This document shows, in pieces, positions 39,262 to 52,123 of a stretch of DNA of 64,000 nt; the first letter of the stretch is position 1; each line of letters begins with the position of its first letter. Position numbers and translations under genes: made by a program. Source of the DNA: Mobula hypostoma. Its lineage: Eukaryota. The notes below the pieces were generated by a model that was not told the origin of the DNA, did no database searches, and worked only from the letters and a program-made list of their open reading frames with translations. The stretch spans positions 58,528,001 through 58,592,000 of the forward strand of contig NC_086097.1 in assembly GCF_963921235.1 (NCBI RefSeq), given 5' to 3'.

Positions 39262-40964
39262 GCAACACACATCAAAGTTGCTGGTGAACGCAGCAGGCCA
39301 GGCAGCATCTCTAGGAAGAGGTACAGTTGACATTTCAGGCCGAGACCCTTCATCAGGACTAACTGAAGGAAGAGCTAGTAAGAGATTTGAAAGTGGGGGG
39401 GGGGAGGTCCAAAATGATAGAAGACAGGAGGGGGAGGGATGGAGCCAAGAGCTGGACAGTTGATTGGCAAAAGGGATATGAGAGGATCATGGGACAGGAG
39501 GCCCAGGGAGAAGGAAAAGGGGGAGGGGGGGAAACCCAGAGGATGGGCAAGGGGTATAGTCAGAGGGACAGAGGGAGAAAAGGGAGAGAGAGAGAGAGAA
39601 AGAATGCGTGTATATAAATAAATAACGGATGGGGTACAAGGGGGAGGTGGGGCATTAGCGGAAGTTAGAGAAGTCGATGTTCATGCCATCAGGTTGGAGG
39701 TTACCCAGATGGAATATAAGGTGTTGTTCCTCCAACCTGAGTGTGGCTTCATCTTTACAGTAGAGGAGGCCGTGGATAGACATATCAGAATGGGAATGGG
39801 ATGTGGAATTAAAATGTGTGGCCACTGGGAGATCCTGCTTTCTCTGGCAGACAGAGCATAGGTGTTCAGCAAAACGATCTCCCAGTCTGTGTCGGGTCTC
39901 GCCAATATATAGAAGGCCATGTCGGGAGCACCGGACGCAGTATATCACCCCAGCTGACTCACAGGTGAAGTGTCGCCTCACCTGGAAGGACTGTCTGGGG
40001 CCCTGAATGGTGGTAAGGGAGGAAGTGTAAGGGCATGTGTAGCACTTGTTCCGCTTACAAGGATAAGTGCCGGGAGGGAGATCCGTGGGGGGGGATGGGG
40101 GGATGAATGGACAAGGGAGTCGCGTAGGGAGCAATCCCTGCGGAAAGCAGACAGAGGGGAGAAGGGAAAGATGTGCTTAGTGGTGGGATCCCATTGGAGG
40201 TGGCGGAAGTTACGGAGAATAATATGTTGGACCCGGAGGCTGGTGGGGTGGTAGGTGAGGACCAGGGGAACCCTATTCCTAGTGGGGTGACGAGAGGATG
40301 GAGTGAGAGTAGATGTGCGTGAAATGGGGGAAATGCGTTTGAAAGCAGAGTTGATGGTGGAGGAAGGGAAGCCCCTTTGTTTAAGAAAGGACGACATCTC
40401 CCTCGTCCTGGAATGAAAAGCCTCATCCTGAGAGTAGATGCAGTGGAGATGGAGACAGGTTGGAGGAATAACACCTTTATATTCTGTCTGGGTAGCCTCC
40501 AACCTGATGGCACGAACATCAACTTCTCTAACTTCCGCTAATGCCCCACCACCCCCTCGTACCCCATCTGCTATTTATTTATATACACATATTCTTTCTC
40601 TCTCTCTCCTTTTTCTCCCTCTGTCCCTCTGACTATACCCCTTGCCCATCCTCTGGGTTTCCCCCCCTCCCCCTTTTCCTTCTCCCTGGGCCTCCTGTCC
40701 CATGATCCTCTCATATCCCTTTTGCCAATCACCTGTCCAGCTCTTGGCTCCATCCCTCCCCCTCCTGTCTTCTCCTATCATTTTGGATCTCTCCCTCCCC
40801 CTCCCACTTTCAAATCTCTTACTAGCTCTTATTTCAGTTAGTCCTGACGAAGGGTCTCGGCCCGAAACGTCGACTGTACCTCTTCCTAGAGATGCTGCCT
40901 GGCCTGCTGCATTCACCAGCAACTTTGATGTGTGTTGCGTGAATTTTCAGAATTCCTCCTGTTT
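39262..40964 (-). mobile_element. Penelope-like element (GIY-YIG endonuclease) with inverted pseudo-LTR
   Basis: ORF 39655-40134 VIYCVRCSRHGLLYIGETRHRLGDRFAEH; about 480-bp inverted arms 39262-39740 and 40456-40938; duplication atgttccagttc at 39248-39259 and 40965-40976. Confidence 0.92.
40839..40876 (+). ncRNA. Minimal type I hammerhead ribozyme in the Penelope pseudo-LTR
   Basis: agtc-CTGACGA-a-gggtctcggccc-GAAAC-GTC-gact: core boxes, stem II, stem I pairing agtc/gact, and palindromic ACGT in place of stem III. Confidence 0.75.
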
Positions 40965-41199
40965 ATGTTCCAGTTCTTACTTGGATGTCGAATTTATAAC
41001 GTCTGAACTTAAAAGGGCTATTCATGGTGCTGAGTTAGACATCATCTGAGAAGGATATCTGTTGTTATATGTTTACACAGTTATCAGATTCGAACCATAC
41101 TGGTTTTGAAATTCTTTAATACAATATAAGTTGAAGGGTGACTTCCTGCTTCCTTCATGTCTCGGATACATGCAGTAAATCGATTCTGCAGGGTCACGT

Positions 41200-41615
41200 A
41201 GTCCTAAAATGCTACAGCATAGCAACAGACCCTTTGGGCTATCTAATCTGTGCCAAACAATTATTTTGCCTGGTTCCATTGGCCTGCACCCAGACCATAG
41301 CCCTCTATGATCCTCCCATCCATGTGCCTTTTCAAATTACTCTTGTTAATGTTGAAATCAAACCCACATCCACCATTTCCGCTGGCAGCTCTTTCCACAC
41401 TCTCACCACCCTCTGAGTGAAGAAGTTCCCCGTCATGTTCCCCTTAAACATTTTGTTTTTTGCATTTAACCTATGATCTCTAGCTCTTGTCTCACTCGAC
41501 TTCAGTGGAAAAAGCCTACTTGCATTTACCCTATTTATACCTTTCATAATGTAGTATACTTCTATCAAATATGCCCTCACTCTCCAATGCTCCAGGGAAT
41601 AAAGTTCTAACCTTT
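41200..41615 (-). mobile_element. CR1 3' fragment
   Basis: LELYSLEH..LIEVY..NFFTQRVVRVWKELP in ORF 41332-41658. Confidence 0.8.
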
Positions 41616-42697
41616 CAACCGTTCCCTCTACTGCAATGAAGTGCTTTAATAAAGTCATGGCTAGATTCAGTTCCTGTCAGTTCTTTGGAATCATTTCCAA
41701 TTAATGACCTAGACCTGCTGCACAACAGGTCTACAGCAGAGCAGACGTGATCTGACTGGCTGTTCATATTGGCTTTGGAGCAACTAGACAATAGTAGATC
41801 ATATATCAGGCTGTTGTTTATTGATTACAGCTTGGCATTCAACACTATCATTCTCCCAGTACTAATCAACAAGCTTCAAAACCTTGGCTTCTGTACCTCC
41901 ATTTGCAACTGGATACTCATCTTCTTTATGGGAGGACCACACGCCTCCTCACTGATATTCAACATAGGTGCACCTCAAGGATGAGTGCTTAGCCCTACTG
42001 TCTCTACAATCATAAATGTGTGGATAAGCACAGAGACACCATTTATAAATTCACTAAAGACACCACTGTTAGCAGAATCTCAAGTAGCATCAAGGAGGAT
42101 TGTAGAAGTGAGGATTTAATTGTGGACTTTAGGAAGGGGAAGTTACAAGAACACACAGCAGTTGTGTTCCTGGATGTCAACGTGTTAAGAGATCTGTAAA
42201 GTTCTATTTTGAGCCTAACACATTGACACAGACACAAAGAAGGCATGCTGGCAATCCTTTAGGAGTTGGGGAGACTTGGTATGTCACCAAAGGCTTACAA
42301 ATTTCTTTAGATGTACAATAGAGAGCAGTGTTAACTGGCTGCCCCACAGCCTGGTATAGAGGCTCCATTGCAGAGGATCACAAGAGACTGCAGAGGGTTG
42401 TAGACTCAGCCAGCTCCATCACAGGCAGAACCCACCTCGCCATCGAGAACATCTTCAAAAGACAGAGCCTCAAGAAGGCAGCACCCATCATTAAGTGCCA
42501 TCACCATAACTACCACATCCAATGATTCAAGAAGAGCTTCTTCCCCTCCACCAACAGATTTCTGAACAGTCCATGAACACATCATTCCTCTGTTGCACTA
42601 TTTATTTATTTTGTAACTTGTCGTAATTTTTATGTCTTGTGCTGTACTACAGCTTCAGACCAACGCATTTCACAACATGTTAGTAATAAATTCTGAA
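41616..42697 (+). mobile_element. Rex1/Babar-type LINE fragment
   Basis: AMKCF, NRSTA, YIRLLFIDYSLAFNTII, ICNWIL, GAPQG, ESVLTGCPTAWY remnants; aataaattctga tail. Confidence 0.75.
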
Positions 42698-43239
42698 TGG
42701 GCATAAGTTCTGTATCACAGAGTATGAATTTATCCCACGTAACTAGGTGGAACTGGGAGAATTAAACCAGATTTTTAAGTTCACTTATGATAATTAGGAG
42801 AATGCATATAAAAATATCTTAGACCCATTAAGCCTACCCTGCCATTCAATATGATCATAGCTGATCAGCCTCAGATGACAACTTCTCTTCCCCATTACTC
42901 TCAATCCCAATCTTAAAAAAAATTATCTACACTTTTAATTTTCTAATAATCTTTCCTGTATAGAGAATTCCAGAGATTCGTCACCCTCCATGAGAGGTGG
43001 GGCCATCTCGTTGTTACAAGATTTAGGCTATCTTCAACTCTCATAACAATGTTTCCGCACTTGAGTGCTTCCCACTTTGGATATACCTTAACAGTTTTTG
43101 TATCATCTTATGATTTTATATGATTTGGTAAGATCACCTCATCATCCTTCTAAAATCCAGAGAATATAAATTTCAGTATTGGATAACCAAGAATTAATCT
43201 CATGAATCTCTTCCAATTGCTTTCGTCCTGTGAATAAGG

Positions 43240-43915
43240 GAACCTAAGTTGGATCTTGAGTTTCAAGTCTGTAGTGCACTGCAAGTGCCAACACAGGTAG
43301 ATGTGGTAAAGAAGGCATATAGCATGCTTGCCTTCATAGATCAAGGCATGAAATATAAAAATCCCTACATTATATTACAGTTTAACAAAATACAGTCGGA
43401 CTGTAGTTTGAATATTGTGTACAGCTCTGCTCACCTCACTACAGGAAGAATGTGATTGGGAAGAAGGGCGAGCAGAGGAGTCTCACCAGCATGTTGCCTA
43501 GATTGAAGGAATTTAGTTATGGGGAGAGATTGGAATAGACTCAGCTTTTTTCCTTGGAACCAACTAAGCTGAAGAGTGACCTGATAGAGATTTCTAAAAT
43601 TTATAAAAAGCATATATAGATTTTTTTCCCCCCACGGTAGGGGTATCATTAAAAAAAAGTCATGGGTTTAAGGTGGAATGGAGTATTAAAGGGGTTTTGT
43701 AATTGATATCTGGAATTCACTGCCAGAGGAAGAGGCATTGTCATATACATTCGTAACATTTAAGAGACATTTGTACATGTAATTAAATAGGCAAATCATA
43801 GAAGGTTTTAAATCTAATGCGGGAAAGTGGGATTAGAGTAAATGAGCAATTTGGTTGCGATGGACATGGTGGACTTAAAGGTCTGTTTCTGTATTGTGTG
43901 TCTCTATGACTGTAC
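43240..43915 (+). mobile_element. CR1 3' fragment
   Basis: QVDVVKKAYSMLAFI.. and CR1 3' UTR ending tctctatgact. Confidence 0.75.
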
Positions 43916-43990
43916 ACAGTAGTCCAGGTGCAGCCTCACCAATACGCTGTACAACTGTGAAAATTGCTTCCAATTAATAAACTACAGCCC

Positions 43991-44615
43991 TGTAATGGGC
44001 TAGGTTGATCAGACCCAAAAGACCCAAACCAATTCAAGTGTTCAGGAGATGTAATAAGTGTACAAGCACAACAAAGTAGCTTAAGCCTAATTTATTATCA
44101 TAGAATAGAAAGTATAAATAAATCACACAAAATACTACGTTGTAAATTACAAAGGTTTCTGGGCTCACGATTCTTAGCCGCCATTTTATTGCCGCTGTTG
44201 TCGGGGAACTTCAAATTCTGACTCGTAAAATCATCCTGGGCCTGTCCTAGGCACCTGCTGATCACGATTCAGTCTAGGTGAAGTCCCAGGAACTGAGGGG
44301 AAGGTGCCTTAATAAATAGGGGTTCGATCCACAAGCATTAAGAAACATTTGGTCTTTTGTTCTCATGCCACTAAGCATGGTTTTTTTAAAGACAACTTGT
44401 GTTCATCATTAGACATCCCCTTGCCACTTGTGCCGTGAGGTCAAGGAAGGCTCCAGCAGCTATCAGCAAACATTAGGTACTAATAATGTTTAACAGTGTT
44501 TAACTTGTACAGACACCTCGACAACTTACATGCTGTGAGCTCACAGAATTAAAGTGTAACTTGGAGCTGTTCAGACTTTCATTAATATTTCACAACATTT
44601 TAATACACCACAACA
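43991..44615 (-). mobile_element. Probable solo LTR
   Basis: Starts TGT, ends ACA, flanked by agccc / aaccc (5-bp TSD with one mismatch), and interrupts a reverse CR1 remnant. Confidence 0.5.
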
Positions 44616-45149
44616 AACCCTCTTGTAAGAAAGATCAATATGCTATTTACATTCTAAATTGTACTGTTTTCTAAATTAACTTGTATGGCACTTGAGTGGC
44701 CACCCAAAAGTGACAGAGAAGCAAGATTTAAATAGGTTGAAGAAACACTAACTAGTATATTACATAAAATACCCTCCCATCCATAGGAATTGGTCCAGAG
44801 TATAAAGAGTGTTGAAAATTACCACCAATGCATCCATTGTTTCTATTGCCACTTCCTTAAGTGCTCTTGGGTTGCAGAAGGTTGGGTCTGGGAATTCCTT
44901 GGCCTTCAGTCAAAGTTGAGTTCATTATCATGCACAAGCACATATATACTCAGGTGTAAAGAGAAGCTTATTTGTGGCAGCATCAAAGGCTCACGGCAAC
45001 CTATCAATTTCTGTAACTACTGATACTAATCATCTTCAGTTTCTTTGTCACTTAAAAAACTCTAGGTTTCCTACATTTCTGGAATGTTATTTCTGTCCTG
45101 ATTTCTAATGAAGGACCCAAAGTAGTTATTGAATTGGTTTATCATTTGA

Positions 45150-45745
45150 AACACACAGATTGCTGAAGGAACTCAGTAAATCAGGCAGCATCTATGGAGG
45201 GGAATAAGCAGTTGACATTTCGGGTCATCAGATCCGGAGAGGATGAGGGAAGAGGCCAGAATAAGAAGATGGCAGGCGGAAGAAGTACAAGCTGGCACAT
45301 AGGTGAGACCAGCTGGACGGGAAGGTAGGTGTATGTGGGGTTGGGGGGAGTAGGTGAAGTATGAAGCTGGAAGAGTTGAAGGGCTGAAGAAGGAGGAATT
45401 TGATAGAGGACATTGGAACCATGGAAGAAAGGAGTGGAGGGACACCAGACAGAGGTGATAGGCAAGTAAGTAGAAGAGAAGGGGTGAGAAGGGAACCAGA
45501 ATGGGGAATAGGAAGAGAGGAGGGAGAAATTACTGGATATTAAATAAATCAATGTTCATGCCATTGGGTTGGAGGTTACCCAGACAGAATATGAGGAGTT
45601 GCTCCTCCCACCTGAAAGTGGCCTCATGAGTAGAGGAGGCCACGGACCGACATATCGGAATGAGAATGGGAAGTAAAATTGAAATGGGTGGTCACTAGAA
45701 ATCCCGCCTTTTGTGGCAAAGGTGCTCGATCAGGCAGGCCCCAAA
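45150..45745 (-). mobile_element. Penelope 3' fragment
   Basis: Homologous to 39262-39890 (pseudo-LTR plus GIY-YIG C-terminus), more diverged. Confidence 0.75.
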
Positions 45746-47319
45746 TCTATAGTTGCAAGAAAAGGTTTGTGAACCCTTTGCAATTACCTGGTTTTCTGTA
45801 TTAATTACACCAGGACTATTAAACATTTCTTTGTTTCTGACTGTAAGGAGCCTTTAGTTATCTCTACAAATTTTGTTTGTTTACATATCTATAAAAGCTT
45901 TCATAGTCAACTTATGTTCCCTGTAAGTACACTCTCATATTCTGTTTTCTTGCTGTTAACTTGGTTCTCTTTTATTTTGCATTTTGCATTTGTTTCTGCA
46001 TTTGGCATTCTAAACTAATCATGCTTCTCAGCTTCATTGCTTTTATTCATCAATTTGTCTTTTCCGTGGATCTGAAACAATTTGTAATTTTCCTTGTTAG
46101 CTTGAGCTCTCCTGTTTTATTTTTGTCCCAGACTGAGAGAGAATATAATGAAAATTTAAAAAGTTATTTAGCAGTCTTTTTAGGATACGGAGAGGAGATT
46201 TGGCCCTCAAAGCGAATTTTTAAAAAGTGATCATGCATTTAAGACAGATGAGACATTTTTTAAAATCTCTCCGAAGTACATAAGTCTCTCTCAAAGGGCA
46301 CTAGAAGAGTTTTCGAAGTTCTTGAAGGCAATATGGAAATGGAAATTTTTCATTTTGTTCCTCCAACCAATCAATAAGAAAGATTGCGAATGACTCGAAT
46401 CCAAGCATTGATCCCATTGGTACCTCACCGGTTGAAGTTGGTCATATTGAGAAAGATCCATTTACTCCTGCTGTTGTTTATTAACAAGTTCTTACTCAGG
46501 GCCTGTATATTGCCACAATTCTATATGCTGTATTATCACTGACTATCTCTCTGTGTGGAACCTGACAAAAGTCTTAAAAATCTAAATAAACCTCAACCTC
46601 TGTTTTCTCGAATTACTTATGTCCTCAGAGGTCTCAAATAGATTTATCAAACACAATTTTCCTTTCATAAATTTATGCTGAATCCATTCTATTAATCTCC
46701 TTTGTGTTTTTTTCATTAGATGTTTCAATGTAGATTCCAACATTTTCCCCACTACTGCTGATAGACTTATGAATTGCTAATTTCCTCTTCTTTTTCCCCT
46801 CCCTTTTTAAATGGTCAGGTTACAGTATTGGCAGCTACTTATGTGGTCACTTGTTTGGTGAAAAATTTGGAAGCCCCAGTATGAAGATACAAATTGTTTT
46901 TAAGAACATTGTCATTGTAAAAGTAAAAATTATAATTTAACAAAAGAGCATTTTTAGAGAAGTGTAGATATTATTTACTTGGTTTTTAATTTGCACTTTT
47001 ATGTGATTGTTGCAAATGCTACATGATAAAAATGTTAGTTGTCAGAGCTGGTGTAACCAAACCAGTACCATTTAGACAGGTGACATTTTCAGATTTTCTG
47101 CTCCTTTGAATGTAATACCTCCTCAACACTCTTTAATGTCACATTTTTTTCATGTTATACAGTAGAGTCTTGTGGATTGTAGTTGTAGATATAGGCCATA
47201 AAGTCAAGTTCTGTTTTAATAATCAATTTTATTTAAATGTGAATTAGAACAAATTATAATTTTATCAGAATTAACTTAATCATTAATGCAATTTGTTTTT
47301 AAATGTTACTGTATTTCAG

Positions 47320-47408
47320 ATGTTGATTTGATATGCCCTGGATTATATTGTGGAAAGCAAATAAAAGAAATTGCAAATGATAGTCAACTGCAATATGGAG
47401 ATTGTGGG
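47320..47408 (+). CDS. JKAMP: JKAMP coding exon 2
   Basis: tttcag acceptor and gtgag donor; (D)VDLICPGLYCGKQIKEIANDSQLQYGDCG resembles the JKAMP N-terminal C-x-GLYCG...YGxCG motif. Confidence 0.9.
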
Positions 47409-47489
47409 GTGAGCTTTGTTCATTTTTGCATTTCTTACATTGTAAACTTGTAATATTTCAGGTCAACTGTATTGATGAAAGAAGATTAA

Positions 47490-47800
47490 GGGATAGCTTT
47501 ATTTGTCATGTGTACATCAAAGTATACAGTGAAATGTGTTTTTTGTGTCAATGACCAACACAGTCTGAGGATGTGCTGGGTGCAGCCTGCAAGTGTTGCC
47601 ATGTTCCCGGTGCCGATGTAGCAGGCCCACAACTTACTAACTCTAATCTGTATGTCTTTGGAATGTGGAAGGAGACCGGATCACCTGGAGGAAATCCATA
47701 TGGTCATGGGGAGAATGTACAAACTCTTTCTAGACAGTGGTGCAATTGAATTTGGGTCGCTGGTGCTGTAATAGCTTTTCAATAACCGCTACAATAGCAT
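47490..47800 (-). mobile_element. V-SINE/HE1-like SINE (JKAMP intron 2)
   Basis: The reverse strand carries the V-domain-like ggatttcctccaggtgatccggtctccttccacattccaaagac and an aataaagctat LINE-derived tail. A related partial copy is at about 25730-25830. Confidence 0.65.
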
Positions 47801-48335
47801 ATTGGCAGTCATCCATCTGGAAATATTAATTCATTTTTTTAACCACAAATGTTGCCTGACCTCCTTAGTATTTCCAGCATTTTGCATTTGTTTCAGGATT
47901 TAAACTTCTGCAGTATTTTTTTGTAGATCTAAATCATATGTTTTTTATAGAGTTCAGTGTACAAAATCATCACACTATTCAAAAATGTTCAAAAGATCAT
48001 TCATATTCACATGGTACAAGTGACATAAAATCTAATTTAGTTGTACCTGTTTGTAAGTTATCTTTGATTGCACCCAAATTCAAGCCTAAATGCACTCAAA
48101 GTAATATTAACTGCATTTTGTAATAAAGGGAATTGTAGTTTGAATGAAGTCAATAGCAGGCTCCATTATCATCTCTAATTTAATTCCAAACAATTTTTGG
48201 CTTTTTTTAAAAACAAAATTATTGAAGGTATCTAGTAGATGTAGTCTCCTCTATCAGTCTGGCATGTGGCATATGTTTGTACTCTGGTACAGAAAGTTGA
48301 AAAGATTTTTCATTTGCCCTAAAAATTCTCAACAG

Positions 48336-48490
48336 GTATGCCCAAGAGGAGAAAGATCAGATGCTCTGAAAATTTGTCGTAAATGTGAAGAATCACCAGA
48401 GTTGTATGACTGGCTGTATCTTGGTTTCATGGCAGTTCTGCCTTTGGTTTTGCACTGGTTCTTTATTGAATGGTACTCGGGCAAAAAAAG
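48336..48490 (+). CDS. JKAMP: JKAMP coding exon 3
   Basis: VCPRGERSDALKICRKCEESPELYDWLYLGFMAVLPLVLHWFFIEWYSGKK; AG/GT bounded. Confidence 0.95.
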
Positions 48491-49176
48491 GTTTGTGATA
48501 TTTCAGAATTTGGAATGTGAATCAGGGTGTTATAATTGAAGAATAAGTGCCTTAATAGATTCAGCATTGTATTTTTATCTGTAAGTCATACATTTATAAG
48601 CAGTAGGGTCCAATTTGGGTATAAGTCTGCATCTATTAACGTAAAATGTAAATGAACAGTTTTATGTTCTGGACAAAACCGAATATTTATGTACTTGTGG
48701 GGTGCAGGTGTGTATGTATCCATATAATGTATGCATCTAAATTAAAGCACAATTGGATGCTCATAAGTATTACTTTTAGAAATTAAAATCCTTTAAATTC
48801 ATAGACATGGAATTGTGACTTTGTGTCAAAGAAATGTATAATTTTACTGGAGTTATATCTAACTTTATGATATGATGCACCTATCAATGTGGACTATTAT
48901 CTGAACTGTCATAGTCCGTGCCAAAGGTGACAGTTCCCAGAATCATGCTTGCTAACATAGACTGATGTACTTGTAAAATAATAGCTATACCATAGGACTG
49001 TGTTCAAGAGAAAGAGATAATAACAATGTTAAGTTTTGTCCACAAGTGGTATCCAGAACATGGGAACAATTATTGAAAACAGCTACTTGTTGCCTTATTC
49101 TATTTCTTCATTATTTTAAATCACTCCCAAGATTATACCAGCATTCAATCATACGACTCAGATGAAATTTATTATA

Positions 49177-49691
49177 CAGTACTGTGCAAAAGTTTTTGGG
49201 ACATATATTTAGCTAGGGTGCCCAGGACCTCTGCACAGTACTTTATAATGTTATGTATTGCACTGTACTGCTGCCGCAACAAAAAACACACTTAATGACA
49301 TGTAAGTGATTATAAACCTGATTCTGATATAGGTCTCCATTGTGGACAGAGTGAAAAGGGGGCAAAGAGGCTGGAATCATGGTTGGGAAACGGGAATGGG
49401 AGAGGAGAGGGAGCGGGAAGCAGCAGAGAGACATTCTGTAATGATCAATCAACCAGTTGTTTGGAATCAAATTACCTTGCCTGGTGTCTCAGGGATAATG
49501 TGTCTGCACCCATGCCTCTATCACTCCTGCTCTGCCACCTGCCCCACATCCAACTCGCAGTGCTCCACCCTTGCCATTCCCAACAGCCTTTGCTCATGCT
49601 AGATTTATTAACTTACTCTCCACTCTAGTTGCTGTGCAAAAATTTAGGTACCCTGATATATCTTTGTTTCTAAGACTTTAGCATAGTACTA
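49177..49691. mobile_element. Tc1/mariner-type MITE (JKAMP intron 3)
   Basis: TA-cagtactgtgcaaaag ... ctttagcatagtacta-TA degenerate TIRs with internal TIR copies. Confidence 0.6.
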
Positions 49692-49750
49692 TAGAAATTT
49701 ATTTAAAACCAAATTCTTTCGAAATATAATTTATTGTATTTTTTGTACAG

Positions 49751-49957
49751 TTCCAGTGCACTTTTTCAGCATGTGACTGCATTACTAGAATGTGCTGTTG
49801 CAGCCATTGTCACATTGTTAGTGAATGATCCAATAGGAGAGCTGAAAATTCGGTCCTGCCGTGTGAAGATGCTATCAGATTGGTATACAATGCTTTATAA
49901 TCCCAGTCCAGATTATATTACTACACTGCATTGTACACAGGAAGCTGTATTTCCCTT
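49751..49957 (+). CDS. JKAMP: JKAMP coding exon 4
   Basis: SSALFQHVTALLEC...LSDWYTMLYNPSPDYITTLHCTQEAVFP; tacag acceptor, gtaagt donor. Confidence 0.95.
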
Positions 49958-50310
49958 GTAAGTATATGTTTTTCAATATATGCAATGCTGACTTGTTCAA
50001 TTTTTTGATATTAATTTAGTTATTGCCATCATGTAAAAACATCTGATATAATATTTTTAAATACAAGTGTAAACTAAGTAGTTCCCTGGTTCATATAAGT
50101 ACAGTTTGTATTTGTTTTTTGAGTCTTTGTGTTTTTAAATTTAGAATTAAGCATTGTGCTCAGAATAATGGCTGTCAGCCTTCTGAGCAGATGTCAGAAA
50201 TAGAAGAGATAATGGGAATCCTAAAAATTGGAAATCAATACTTCATAAAATGAGAATTTCACCTTCAATAAAGTTGCTGTCCTGATAGTCTGTTGTCTGT
50301 TTGTTTTCAG

Positions 50311-50492
50311 ATACACTATTGTCTTTATATACTATGCTTTTTGTCTCGTTTTCATGATGCTGCTTCGTCCACTGCTGGTTAAAAAGATTGCATGTGGTCT
50401 TGGAAAATCAGACCGATTTAAAAGTATTTATGCAGCGCTTTACTTTTTCCCAATTCTTACAGTACTTCAGGCAGTTGGTGGAGGCCTGCTTT
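50311..50492 (+). CDS. JKAMP: JKAMP coding exon 5
   Basis: YTIVFIYYAFCLVFMMLLRPLLVKKIACGLGKSDRFKSIYAALYFFPILTVLQAVGGGLL; tttcag acceptor, gtaagt donor. Confidence 0.95.
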
Positions 50493-50848
50493 GTAAGTGC
50501 ATTTTTATTTAAATACCATCTTTTGATTAACTACAATTTAAAATAAATACTGACAGAATTTTTGCCATAACACGATTGACTTTAATTAACCAATAGAACC
50601 TTGATCTAGATATTGAAAAGGATATCTCTTGACCAATTTACTTTGCAATGATCTTGGGTGTTGGTTTAATTTCACATTTAGGATTCCTAGTTAAGGATCT
50701 AGAATTGCTATTAATACTTTACCTTAATATTAAAATAAATGCTAATTAAATGTATATACCAGTTCAGTTAGTAGCAACATATATATATGTACCATATTTT
50801 AATTTGACTTTCTGCATATTTTCTTAACTTCCAACCTCTTTTTTTCAG

Positions 50849-50925
50849 ATTATGCTTTTCCGTATATAATTCTAGTCTTGTCCTTGGTAACTTTGGCAGT
50901 ATATATGTCTGCTTCAGAAATACAG
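50849..50925 (+). CDS. JKAMP: JKAMP coding exon 6
   Basis: (Y)YAFPYIILVLSLVTLAVYMSASEIQ; tttcag acceptor, gtaag donor. Confidence 0.95.
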
Positions 50926-50969
50926 GTAAGTTAGAACAAACAAGCTAAGGGTTTGGAGAACTATAATAT

Positions 50970-51682
50970 TAGACTGTAAGGCATAGGAGCAGAACTAAGT
51001 CACTCAGCCTATCGAGTCTACTCTGCCATTCCATCATGGCTGATTTATTATCCCTCTCAACCCCATTCTTTTGCTTTCTCCATGCAACCTTTGATACCCT
51101 GACTAATCAAGAACCTATCAACCTCCAACTTAAATATACAAAATGACTTGGCCTGCACAGCTGTATGTGGCAATGAATTCCAGATTCATCACCCTCAGGC
51201 TAAAAGAAATTTTTCCTCATCTCTATTCTAAGTGGACATTCCCCTATTCTGCGGCTGTGCCCCCTGGCCCTAGACTCCACCGTTATAGGATTCATATCCT
51301 CCATATACACTCTATCTAGGCATTTCAATATTCAGTAAGTTTCAATGAGATCCCTTGCCCCTCTCATTCTTATAAACTCCTGTGAGTTCAGACTAAGAGC
51401 TATCAAACACTCCTCATGTTAACCCTTTCATTCTTGGGATCATTTTTGCGAACCTCCTCTGGACCCTCTCCAATCCCCAGCATATCTTTTCTTGGATAAA
51501 GTGCTCAGAACTGCTCACAGTACTCCAAATCCAGTCTGACCAATTCCTTATAAAGCCTCAGCATTACATCCTTGTTTTTGTATTCTAGTCCTCTCAAAAT
51601 GAATGCTAACATTGCATTTGCCACCTTTACCACTAACTCAACCTGCAAGTTAACCTTTAGGGAATCTTGCATGAGGACTCCC
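50970..51682 (-). mobile_element. CR1 3' fragment (JKAMP intron 6)
   Basis: Reverse complement of the CR1 C-terminus and 3' UTR (same family type as 15790-17095). Confidence 0.85.
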
Positions 51683-51904
51683 ATATTAGACCCAATTGAT
51701 TTAAAGTATGTGAGAATTAATACGAGAATAGGTGTAGCTTTAATTACAACCTATGTGAACACTTTAAAGGATTCACAGAAAGTGTAAGTTCATAGCATTT
51801 AGGATTTTGAATTACGAATGTTTTAATTGCTTTCAGTGCAAACTACTAAATATACAAATGTAAATAAGATTCTATGTATAATTAAAAATGTTTCTCTTTA
51901 ACAG

Positions 51905-52123
51905 ACTTACAAGGATTTGATCACCAAAAAGAAGAGAATGGTTGTTCTGTTTAGTCACTGGATACTGCATGCCTATGGAATAATCTCAATTTCCAGACTG
52001 GATAAACTGGACCAGGATCTGCCACTGTTGGCCTTAGTGCCCACTCCAGCACTTTTTTATCTGTTAACAGCTAAATATACAGAGCCTTCAAGGATACTGT
52101 CAGAAGGTGGCAATGGACATTAG
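51905..52123 (+). CDS. JKAMP: JKAMP coding exon 7 (terminal)
   Basis: TYKDLITKKKRMVVLFSHWILHAYGIISIS...AKYTEPSRILSEGGNGH-TAG. Spliced CDS is 933 nt = 310 aa; AATAAA near 52290. Confidence 0.95.
   Translation, partial: TYKDLITKKKRMVVLFSHWILHAYGIISISRLDKLDQDLPLLALVPTPALFYLLTAKYTEPSRILSEGGNGH

Larger units (their letters stand above)
35380..41170 (+). mobile_element. Decayed Nimb/I-clade LINE, split by a MITE, Chapaev3 and Penelope
   Basis: ORF1 zinc-knuckle remnant (PPPPRCF..RFGHV..GRCGGEH); endonuclease ILQWNA..ANGQEFK, VICVQETWL, WCGDFNAHS, SDHFPI; linker resumes at 38715-39261 and 40965-41170. Confidence 0.75.
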
